Part shown: in pieces, positions 1 to 8,060 of the stretch
How positions within the stretch are numbered: position 1 is the stretch's first letter
Layout: each line of letters opens with the position of its first letter
Assembly: GCA_963675295.2 (NCBI GenBank)
Contig: CAXXKJ010000002.1
Coordinates: 1,856,001 to 1,920,000 of the forward strand
Origin: a bacterium
GTDB lineage: Bacteria > Electryoneota > Electryoneia > Electryoneales > Electryoneaceae
Length of the DNA stretch: 64,000 nt
Direction: 5' to 3'
Translations under genes and position numbers: made by a program
The notes under the pieces: model-generated
The model's input: the letters and a program-made list of their open reading frames with translations, nothing else
Database searches by the model: none
Told to the model about the DNA's origin: nothing

Positions 1-273
1 CGGCTCAACGCTCATCGGACCGGCGAAACCACCACCATTGAAGCTGCCTTTCATCGCGAAAGCCTGGGAGATCCCCGCTTCAGTCTGCAGGATCATGCCG
101 TCTTCCGCAGCCTGACTCAGCTCCGCTTCCGACAGTTCGTCAGCGGTCAGATCGCCACCGGACGGACCAGTCGGGTTGTTGTTATCGTCATCATCATCTT
201 CCGGACAACCCACCACAAACATCGCGGCCAGCATCATCACCAGCAGCAGAGTCAACCATTTGCTTCTCTTCAT
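1..273 (-). CDS. Lipoprotein, 5' part only (runs off the window start)
   Basis: ATG at 273 with AAGGAG upstream. Translates MKRSKWLTLLLVMMLAAMFVVG-C-PEDDDDNNNPTGP...: a signal peptide with lipobox VVGC. Frame is open to position 1. Confidence 0.75.
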   Translation of the reverse strand, partial: MKRSKWLTLLLVMMLAAMFVVGCPEDDDDDNNNPTGPSGGDLTADELSEAELSQAAEDGMILQTEAGISQAFAMKGSFNGGGFAGPMSVEP

Positions 274-407
274 CACTAACTCCTTGACCGTTTCTTCTCC
301 CTTTTCCTCGATCTGCTACATGCAGTTACTACTTTTTCGTGCTAACAACTCATGAACTGTGTCACTAAAAAGAGCATTGTTCATGGGTTTTAGGCGTATA
401 CGAACTA

Positions 408-421
408 GTAGGACGGCCTAA
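408..421. promoter_or_regulatory. Imperfect TTAGG-N4-CCTAA palindrome (putative DtxR/MntR-type box)
   Basis: GTAGG-ACGG-CCTAA, one mismatch to the box upstream of sod. Lies between two divergent genes. Confidence 0.3.
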
Positions 422-565
422 TATCAGAATTCCCAAACTCAAAGGCAAGGGTTAGTTTCGGTTAACTCACACAAAGGAAACAGAGCCCATGGGTTCCGGC
501 GATCTTGAATACGCTCCCGGGGGTGATGCAGAAATCGTCGAAATCGTCGTATACTTTGCCCAGGC

Positions 566-1942
566 ATGCAACCGGGATTGGCAGGACTCATGAGTAGCAG
601 TTGGTTTGACGGACAACAGGGCGACACTGCTGTCGTGGTCGGAGGAGGGGATGGCCTCGCCCGCTATATCCGCACTCACTTCAAGCGCGTCATCGCCGCC
701 GATCCCGCCCGTTCCCTTGGTGAACCCCCACGTACCCGTGCCTTGCAGGAAGGCGAAATCCTGTTTGTCCAGGGCATTGACGCCCAGCCCGACCGTCTTC
801 CCGGCGGCTGCGACCTCATCGTGCTGGCGTTCACCCTGGCGCGCCAGGACGATCCGGCTTCGTTTCTCGAACCGTGGGTGAAATTGCTCAATCATCAGGG
901 CCGGTTGGTGATCGTCGAATGGAGTCCCAACGCCGGCAAGTTCGGCCAGGAGCAGAAGCTGCACCGTGAGCTGCTGGACGCATTGGCGGAGGGTGGACGG
1001 CTGCACCCGCCGGCCAGCCGGGATGTCGTCCACTGGATGCAGGGCTGCGGGTTGGTCCACGTGCGCCAGTTGACCGAGTCGGACCCAGCGTTCTTCAGCG
1101 ACAGCGATTCCCGTCTGCTCGCCGCCGAGGGATTGAGTGAACTGCTGGCGCTGGGATTGGCGGACAGCGAACTCGGCACGCGATTACGGGAACAACGCCG
1201 CATCCATCCTGGCCCGGTGCTGATCGCACACGGCGTCCACAAGGCGCTGCCGGAACCGGTAGGTAGCGAACAGCTCGCTGATTCCGAGAACGGTCCGGGC
1301 GCGATGATCCCGCAGGTTGCCGGCGTTGAATCGGAGCTCGACAATGATGCGCCGCTGTCCGACTTGCTCGCGGGGGTGCTGGACGGCGAGGTGGATCAGC
1401 CGAAACAGATCGCGAAACGGCTGCTGCGCATGTTCGGCGGGAAAGCGTTGACGCAGATCCGGGACGCGTCTCTGCTCGCTCGCGAGGGCGGGCTCACCAT
1501 TGACGCCGCCGAACGCCTGATCCGCATCTTCGCGCTGGGCCGGCGGCTGTATTCCAGCTCCAACGACGTCGAAATCCACGGTCCCGAGGACGCCTACCAA
1601 TTCCTCGCGCCGCAAATGGCGCAACTCACCCGTGAACACTTTCGCGGGCTGTACCTTAATGTGAAGGGCGGCCTGGTTGTCGACGAGGTGATCAGCATTG
1701 GCACGTTGACCTCCGCGCTGGTGCATCCACGTGAAGTCTTCGGCCCGGCGATCGAGAAGCACTGCCATTCGGTGCTGATCGCGCACAACCACCCCAGCGG
1801 CGATCCCGCACCCTCACCCGAGGACATCCACCTCACCCGTGAGCTGGCCGAGGCCGGCCGGTTGCTCAACATCGAGCTGCTCGACCATATCATCATCGGC
1901 CGCGACACCTACGTCTCGCTGAAAGAACGCCGTCACTTCTGA
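566..1942 (+). CDS. radC: RadC (JAB/MPN domain) protein with N-terminal class I SAM-methyltransferase-like domain
   Basis: C-terminal REHFRGLYLN...SIGTLTSALVHPREVF...AHNHPSGDPAPSPED...LLDHIII is the RadC signature. N-terminal VVVGGGDG, CDLIVLAFTL and LLNHQGRLVIVEW resemble MTase motifs. Start is 566 or 590. Confidence 0.85.
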   Translation: MQPGLAGLMSSSWFDGQQGDTAVVVGGGDGLARYIRTHFKRVIAADPARSLGEPPRTRALQEGEILFVQGIDAQPDRLPGGCDLIVLAFTLARQDDPASFLEPWVKLLNHQGRLVIVEWSPNAGKFGQEQKLHRELLDALAEGGRLHPPASRDVVHWMQGCGLVHVRQLTESDPAFFSDSDSRLLAAEGLSELLALGLADSELGTRLREQRRIHPGPVLIAHGVHKALPEPVGSEQLADSENGPGAMIPQVAGVESELDNDAPLSDLLAGVLDGEVDQPKQIAKRLLRMFGGKALTQIRDASLLAREGGLTIDAAERLIRIFALGRRLYSSSNDVEIHGPEDAYQFLAPQMAQLTREHFRGLYLNVKGGLVVDEVISIGTLTSALVHPREVFGPAIEKHCHSVLIAHNHPSGDPAPSPEDIHLTRELAEAGRLLNIELLDHIIIGRDTYVSLKERRHF

Positions 1943-2076
1943 ACGTCTCCCCGTTCTGAGATCGTACCCGTGTACGCTTGCGGACGCGGACATGACGCGG
2001 GATGCCACATCCTCCTGATTCCCCGTCTCCCCGTTCCCTGATTCGCTCCAACAGTCCGGAACATGCCCCAATCCTC

Positions 2077-2105
2077 TTGAGTGCCAAGTTCGGATCGCCT
2101 AATAT
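2077..2105 (+). promoter_or_regulatory. Sigma70-type promoter of sod
   Basis: TTGAGT (2077-2082), 17-bp spacer, TAATAT (2100-2105). Confidence 0.55.
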
Positions 2106-2126
2106 TCCGCTCCTGACGTGCTTCTC

Positions 2127-2140
2127 TTAGGAGCTCCTAA
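2127..2140. promoter_or_regulatory. Perfect palindrome TTAGGAGCTCCTAA, putative metal-responsive repressor operator
   Basis: 14-bp perfect inverted repeat between the promoter and sod. Same TTAGG-N4-CCTAA layout as SirR/MntR (DtxR family) boxes. A second copy, TTCGG-ATCG-CCTAA (2089-2102), overlaps the -10. Confidence 0.55.
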
Positions 2141-2222
2141 CAGAGCCGCAACGTCCGCGCGGAAGCTGCATCCAAACGGCACAGGCACAACGATCACTTG
2201 AACGATAAACATGGAGAGAACG

Positions 2223-2819
2223 ATGGCCTACACACTTCCGGAACTTCCGTACGCGTACGACGCGCTCGAACCGCACATTGACGAGCAGACCATGCGTCTG
2301 CATCACGATATCCACCATAAGGGTTACGTTGACGGCCTGAACGCCACGCTCGAGAAGATGGCGAAGGCTCGCGAAACCGGCAACTTTGCGGGCATGGATG
2401 CGCTGAGCAAGGACCTCGCGTTCCACGGGTCCGGCCACGCGTTGCACACCATCTTCTGGACCAACATGGGCCCGAACGGTGGCGGTCCGGCGACCGGCGA
2501 CATCGCGGCGCAGATTGACAAGGACTTCGGCAGCTTTGACGCGTTCAAGGCGCACTTTACCGCCGCCTCGAACCAGGTCAAGGGCAGCGGCTGGGGCATC
2601 CTCGGCTGGCACAAGGAATTCGGCAAGCTGATGATCATCCAGGCGCAGCTGCACAACGACATGACCGTGCACGGCATCACCCCGCTGCTCGTGCTGGACG
2701 TTTGGGAGCATGCGTACTACCTGAAGTACCAGAACAAGCGGGCGGCATACACCGACGCGTTCTTCAACGTGATCAACTGGGATGACGTGAACGTACGTTT
2801 CAAGGCGGCGCAGGCATAA
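2223..2819 (+). CDS. sod: Fe/Mn superoxide dismutase
   Basis: LPELPYAYDALEPHI, HHDIHH, GSGW and DVWEHAYY motifs. GGAGA SD precedes ATG 2223. Confidence 0.97.
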   Translation: MAYTLPELPYAYDALEPHIDEQTMRLHHDIHHKGYVDGLNATLEKMAKARETGNFAGMDALSKDLAFHGSGHALHTIFWTNMGPNGGGPATGDIAAQIDKDFGSFDAFKAHFTAASNQVKGSGWGILGWHKEFGKLMIIQAQLHNDMTVHGITPLLVLDVWEHAYYLKYQNKRAAYTDAFFNVINWDDVNVRFKAAQA

Positions 2820-2859
2820 GCTGGCAAACGCATCGCTTGAACAATTCGATTTCGTATAC

Positions 2860-2894
2860 AAAGTGCCTTAGGCTACGGCCTGTGGCACTTTTTT
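2860..2894 (+). terminator. Intrinsic terminator after sod
   Basis: AAAGTGCC-TTAGGC-TACG-GCCTGT-GGCACTTT hairpin followed by a T run. Confidence 0.75.
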
Positions 2895-2965
2895 GTGCGT
2901 CGCACCTGACTGTTCGACCGACGCTCTGACTCGTCAGGTGCCCTTGTGACCCGAACTATGCCCCT

Positions 2966-3421
2966 GTGACCGTGCGTCACCGTCCCCGGCTGCTGTCGGA
3001 CAACGGGCCGTGCTACGTGTCGAAAGAACTGGCAAAGTACCTGTCAGAGCAGAAGATGGACCATACGCGTGGCAAGCCGTATCACCCGATGACACAGGGC
3101 AAGATCGAACGCTACCACCGTACGATGAAGAACCTGGTCAAGCTGCAGAACTACTGGTTTCCGGACGACTTACGACGTCAGATCGACGCTTTCGTAACCT
3201 GGTACAACCACGAACGTGTCCATGAATCACTGGACAACATCACCCCGGCCGACATGTACCACGGCCGCTATCACGAAATTCAGACCAAACGTGAGGAGAT
3301 CAAACGGAAGACACTGCAGGAAAGAAGGAAGCAAAACTTGAGATCAACACGAGAAAAACACTCGGATACAGAACACCGAAAGAGATCCTCTTCAACGACA
3401 AAACCTAAGCGGTGCATCTAA
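2966..3421 (+). pseudogene. 5'-truncated IS3/IS481-type DDE transposase (integrase core C-terminus)
   Basis: LLSDNGPCY, HPMTQGKIERYHRTMK and YNHERVHESLDNITPAD motifs. No HTH or first catalytic Asp upstream; terminal IRs not recognised. Confidence 0.85.
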
Positions 3422-3456
3422 TCTTGAAATTTGCGTTTTCATAGTGCCAGAATCAC

Positions 3457-3487
3457 AAAACCCCAGCTTGGACACAAGCTGGGGTTT
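3457..3487 (-). terminator. Terminator of the beta-helix gene (possibly bidirectional)
   Basis: AAAACCCCAGCTTG-GACA-CAAGCTGGGGTTT. Confidence 0.75.
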
Positions 3488-3547
3488 GTTTCTGTCTGCT
3501 ATCCGATCCAACTATTTGTACTACCTGAAACCAATCGGTTGCCTCTC

Positions 3548-6040
3548 CTACTTAATCAGTACAACTTTCTGCACCTCAGACCAGTCTTTTATGGAAGCAT
3601 GTACGAAATAGACTCCACCGGCTAGGCTTGACGCATCGAAATTCAATGTGTGTGTGCCAGCGGAGTAGGTGCCGGTTGCCAACTCAGCAACTTGCTGACC
3701 GTTCACGTTGTAGGCTACCACAGCAACTTTCGCCGTTTCCGGTAGTGAAATATTGATCGAAGTACTTGGATTGAACGGGTTTGGATAGGCTCGTGACATG
3801 GTGAACTTGTCAGGTAATACTGTTTCCTCCAAACCGGAGGTTATCCTCCCTCTCTCAAACGCTTCCCTGAAACCGTACGCTGTCCAATCGGTAGCACCAG
3901 CAGATGCAGTTACAGCCGACACTATCACGAATGGGAAATCATCCTGGGCAAGGATTCCGTTTGGATAAGATCCTGCCCGGATCCGGAAGGTGAATTCGCC
4001 CAATGGTGCACCCATCGGGATAGCCTGCCCAACTCCCAGCGCTTCAATACTGGCGCCAGGCATCATCGGAAAGTCATTGATCTGCCAGAGAGGGCCATAA
4101 GGGTTACCGTTGGGTAGAACGGCCTGGGTCCAAATGTCTACTTGAGTAAACGATGGTTGGTTATTAATAAGGTGCACGTCGTAGGAGAACACTCCACCTC
4201 GAGGAACGATCAATGGGTTATCGGCAGTAAGGTAGATTTCCAGCAACGGTGGCGGAGTGTAATCGAGAGTAAACAAATCGCTCTCAGCAAAGATGTTTCC
4301 ATCCAACACACTGGAAATCTTGATCATGTAGTTGTTGTCGAGTGGTCCTTGGGTCGGGATATCCCATGAATAAGAACCATCGCTCTCGGTGTTTTCAGCG
4401 ATCACTTGTTCGAGCGTAAGACCGTGGTAGAGCTCGATCTTCACATTTTCAGTCAGATTGTCCGTCCAGACGATATTGCGGGAGGTTCCCCGTTCCCAGA
4501 CTTCACCCGCAGACGGTGTGGTGATTTCCAGATTCGGGATGAATGCTTGATCGAAATAGAATGCTCCGATATCTGCGACGGTACCGTCCGGATCGGTGGG
4601 GCCAAGGGGATCGCCAGCATCAATGCACGGCGACGTTTCCTGAAGGTGATAATCTCCGTTGTTCGGATCAACATACTGTGGATCAAGGAAGATGTTGAAG
4701 TAGGCGTCGCACGAGTCACTGTTGGCATTAACGGCTATGAGAATACCGAGGTCAGGATCAATATCACCTCCCGGCCAAAAATCCCCATAGAGATTGTTAT
4801 AAAAATTGCAGTAGATGAATTCCGGGTTGTTTTCTCCAATATTGTGAACGCAAATGGCTTCCTCACCCAAATTGTCCGTAATAGTACAGTTAACGACAAT
4901 CGGGCTGCTATCGTACCAGCAAAATATCGCTGATCCATTATCATCTGCAAAATTCTCGATGATGTCACAGTTGCTGACAGTTGGATTGGATTCGTCATCA
5001 CAATAGATTCCCCCGCCGCGTTCTTCGGCAGAATTACCACTGATGGTACAGCGATTGATATTCGGGCTTGAATACCAAGCTTTTATTCCTCCACCATTTA
5101 GATCAGCTGTGTTATCACTGATGATGCAATCGCTGATCGTTGGGCTTGAGTAGTCGATCGATATCCCACCGCCATTGTAGTGAGTTGAATTACCGATGAT
5201 GTTACAGTTGGTTATCGTGGGATTACAATCGGGACCACTATAAATCCCACCGCCGCTGCTTGGTGCATAATTTCCGCTGATTGTACTGTTTGAAATTGTT
5301 GAGCTAGAACCGCTACTTGTGTATATCCCGCCACCTGTACCGTCAGCCACGTTTCCACTTATAGTACATTCGTTGATCGTGGGACTTGAATTATCGACGT
5401 AGAGCCCTGAATTATTACTACCAGAAACATAGCAGAATTCCAGGATGTCATCAGAATCCGAACCGCTGAAATAAATACCTCCCCATTCAGTAATACCTCC
5501 GTCATAGTTTGGTATGAATTTTATGCTGTCTGTTTCGGTACCCTGGCAGATCAAGGTTCTGTTCGATTCGACATTGAACCCATAGTTTCCGTCGAACATG
5601 AATATTGAACCGGGTTCGATTGTAAGGGTTTCTCCATTTACAATCGAAAGATCGCCTACAACGAGGTACTCTCCGCTGGTAAGTATTCCACTCAGAGGAC
5701 CAGATATTGGTGTTCCTGAAATGAAGAGCAAGGTTATATCCGAGAGCGTCTGCGGGTTGAAGAAATCCTGCCCAATGAGTTCATGGCCATAAAACCCATC
5801 ATGCGAAAAATAGACATCATATATTCCTGGAATAACATCAATCAGATAATCACCTGCAACTCCTGTATAAACTGAATCCCTCACCGCAGATGGTGATGCT
5901 TCCACGAATAGTACTTTTGTCCCGCTATGGTCGAGCTCACCTTCCAGATAGCAATATCCATCGACTAGGCTGGCTAAACCGCTCACTGTGGCAAAGAGAA
6001 TTACCAAGGCTGCCGAAAACAACCTGATTTGCGACTTCAT
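3548..6040 (-). CDS. Secreted right-handed parallel beta-helix repeat protein with Ig-like domains and T9SS-like CTD
   Basis: Signal peptide; repeated SPTIxxCxIxGNxAxxxGGGIY units; DYHLQETSPCIDAGDP; Kre9/KNH-like segment (GEVWERG..IVWTDN..SDGSYSW); C-terminal AYPNPFNPST...GVYFV...KVVLIK. Confidence 0.85.
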   Translation of the reverse strand: MKSQIRLFSAALVILFATVSGLASLVDGYCYLEGELDHSGTKVLFVEASPSAVRDSVYTGVAGDYLIDVIPGIYDVYFSHDGFYGHELIGQDFFNPQTLSDITLLFISGTPISGPLSGILTSGEYLVVGDLSIVNGETLTIEPGSIFMFDGNYGFNVESNRTLICQGTETDSIKFIPNYDGGITEWGGIYFSGSDSDDILEFCYVSGSNNSGLYVDNSSPTINECTISGNVADGTGGGIYTSSGSSSTISNSTISGNYAPSSGGGIYSGPDCNPTITNCNIIGNSTHYNGGGISIDYSSPTISDCIISDNTADLNGGGIKAWYSSPNINRCTISGNSAEERGGGIYCDDESNPTVSNCDIIENFADDNGSAIFCWYDSSPIVVNCTITDNLGEEAICVHNIGENNPEFIYCNFYNNLYGDFWPGGDIDPDLGILIAVNANSDSCDAYFNIFLDPQYVDPNNGDYHLQETSPCIDAGDPLGPTDPDGTVADIGAFYFDQAFIPNLEITTPSAGEVWERGTSRNIVWTDNLTENVKIELYHGLTLEQVIAENTESDGSYSWDIPTQGPLDNNYMIKISSVLDGNIFAESDLFTLDYTPPPLLEIYLTADNPLIVPRGGVFSYDVHLINNQPSFTQVDIWTQAVLPNGNPYGPLWQINDFPMMPGASIEALGVGQAIPMGAPLGEFTFRIRAGSYPNGILAQDDFPFVIVSAVTASAGATDWTAYGFREAFERGRITSGLEETVLPDKFTMSRAYPNPFNPSTSINISLPETAKVAVVAYNVNGQQVAELATGTYSAGTHTLNFDASSLAGGVYFVHASIKDWSEVQKVVLIK

Positions 6041-6043
6041 GGT

Positions 6044-6053
6044 CCCCCCCCCC
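6044..6053 (-). repeat. G10 homopolymer at the Shine-Dalgarno position
   Basis: Minus strand reads TA-GGGGGGGGGG-ACC-ATG. Confidence 0.8.
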
Positions 6054-6384
6054 TAAAAATGCGAACATCTCAAGTGGACTAAATCACTCTAATCTCACTA
6101 AATCTATTACTCATATTTATGATTTGCAAAAGAATTCTGCAAGCTATGTTAAAAAATCAACTGAAAGGAGAGCCACAGCAGATTTAAATGGCTCAGACTA
6201 TAGATCTTGATAGATATCGATAGATGGAATAAATAGGGACAGACGTAGTTTAAGCGCACTATTAGTCACAAACACACCACGTATTTTGCATACCTGAGTA
6301 GCCCCATCTCTCCCTCCCGGCAGGTCTCGGCTGAGGCCCGTATATTCCGAGCCAACACAACGTTACCGGACGTGAAGCCACCCT

Positions 6385-7974
6385 ATGAACACGAATTCGC
6401 ACAGCCCGAAAGAGCCGTCTGTAGGCACCGTTTACCTCGTCGGCGCGGGGCCGGGGGACGCCGGCCTGATCACCCGTCGCGGCTACGATCTGCTGCACAA
6501 CCATGCCGATGTGGTGCTGGTGGACGCCCTCGTCGATCCGTCGTTGCTCGCGGAATTGCCCGCTCATGTGGAACGCAAGTATGTCGGCAAACGCGCCGGG
6601 CATCACGTGATGAAGCAGGACAAGATCCAGGAGCTGCTGGTCGAGACGGCAAAGGCGGGGAAGAATGTCGTCCGGCTCAAGGGTGGCGACCCGCTGGTCT
6701 TCGGGCGTGGTGGGGAAGAGGCGGTGGTGTTGCGGGAAGCGGGGATTCCGTATGAGATCGTGCCGGGTATCACGGCCGCGACCGCTGCGACGGCGTATTC
6801 CGGTATTCCGTTGACCTTTCGCCGCAAATCGTGTTATGCGGTCCTGTTCACCGCGAACGCCGCCCCGGCGCGTGAGGGCGAGTGTGGTGTGATTCCGTTG
6901 TCCGATTTCGCGAAGCTGAAGGACGGCACGCTGGTCGCCTACATGGGTGTGCGGGTGCTGGCGAAGGTCGCGGAGCAGCTGATCAAGGACGGCATGCCCG
7001 CCGATCAACCGGCTGCGGTGATCGAGCGTGGGGCGACTGGTGCGCAGAAGGTGGTGCGTGCGCCGCTCAGCGAACTGGCCGAGAAGGCGAAAGCGGAGAA
7101 TGTGAAGCCTCCGGCGTTGATCGTGATCGGCGAGGTGACCGAACTGCCCGACCAGATCGCATGGTATGAGCCGGGTCCGTTGGCGACGAAACGTGTGGTT
7201 GTCACCCGCCCGTCCGGCCAGGCGAAGGAGCTGGTGGACGGTCTGCGCGGGCTGGGCGCGGAGGTGCTGCACATCCCGGCGATCCGGTTCGAGGAACGGT
7301 TCAACCGGGAGGCGTGGGACGCCCTCCTGGTCGACGTTGACGCCCGTCAGCAGGCGTCACCGGGCCATGTCGGCTGGCTGGTGTTCACCAGCGAGAACGG
7401 TGTCCGGTTCTTCTTCGACGGGCTCCGGCGGATGGGGCGCGACATGCGGTTCGCCGGTCCGTTCAAGATCGCCGCGGTGGGTGTCGCGACCGGGGATGCA
7501 CTGGCGGTTTATGGCCTGACTGCGGATCTCGTGCCGCAGACCGCGACCGGCAAGGCACTGGGCGCGGAACTGGCGCAAGTTGCGACCAAGGGCGATCTGG
7601 TAATCCGGGTTCGTGGTGAGTTGGGCAATCCGGCGGTGGAGACGGCGTTGGCGAATGCGGAGGTGACAGTCAACCCGTTGACCGTGTACACCACGCTGGA
7701 CGCGTCGATCGACGAACTCGACCAGGCGTGGATGCACCAGAAGGACCCGGACTACGTCGTCTTTACCAGCGGTTCAACGTACCAGGCGTTCCGGCGGCAG
7801 TGGGGCGACGAAGAGGCGGACCGCATCCTCAATACGACGAAGATCGTTTCGATCGGCCCGGTGACCTCGTCGCTGATCCGTGGCATGGGCTACGACGTTA
7901 CGCTCGAGGCTGACCCGCACAACAACGCGGGGATACTCGAGGTGATGAAAGAGAAGTCAGCTGGATCGAAGTGA
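6385..7974 (+). CDS. cobA: Fused uroporphyrinogen-III C-methyltransferase / uroporphyrinogen-III synthase (CobA/HemD)
   Basis: VYLVGAGPGD, VVRLKGGDPLVFGRGGEE and IVPGIT, then HemD motifs VVVTRP, WLVFTSENGV, FTSGST and SIGPVT. Confidence 0.95.
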   Translation: MNTNSHSPKEPSVGTVYLVGAGPGDAGLITRRGYDLLHNHADVVLVDALVDPSLLAELPAHVERKYVGKRAGHHVMKQDKIQELLVETAKAGKNVVRLKGGDPLVFGRGGEEAVVLREAGIPYEIVPGITAATAATAYSGIPLTFRRKSCYAVLFTANAAPAREGECGVIPLSDFAKLKDGTLVAYMGVRVLAKVAEQLIKDGMPADQPAAVIERGATGAQKVVRAPLSELAEKAKAENVKPPALIVIGEVTELPDQIAWYEPGPLATKRVVVTRPSGQAKELVDGLRGLGAEVLHIPAIRFEERFNREAWDALLVDVDARQQASPGHVGWLVFTSENGVRFFFDGLRRMGRDMRFAGPFKIAAVGVATGDALAVYGLTADLVPQTATGKALGAELAQVATKGDLVIRVRGELGNPAVETALANAEVTVNPLTVYTTLDASIDELDQAWMHQKDPDYVVFTSGSTYQAFRRQWGDEEADRILNTTKIVSIGPVTSSLIRGMGYDVTLEADPHNNAGILEVMKEKSAGSK

Positions 7975-8006
7975 GGGGTCCCAAAGTTTCAACGTGTACG
8001 AAAACC

Positions 8007-8044
8007 GAACCGGGGACACTTGACGGAGCAAGTGTCCCCGGTTC
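8007..8044. terminator. Bidirectional terminator hairpin
   Basis: 16-bp perfect stem GAACCGGGGACACTTG/CAAGTGTCCCCGGTTC between convergent genes. Confidence 0.8.
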
Positions 8045-8060
8045 TTTCATACCTCACACC

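Noticed and set aside
345-500. Hairpins and GGCAA...ACACAAAG resembling a c-di-GMP-I riboswitch
   Set aside because: There is no GNRA tetraloop or receptor and P1 pairing is unconvincing. An Infernal search would be needed.
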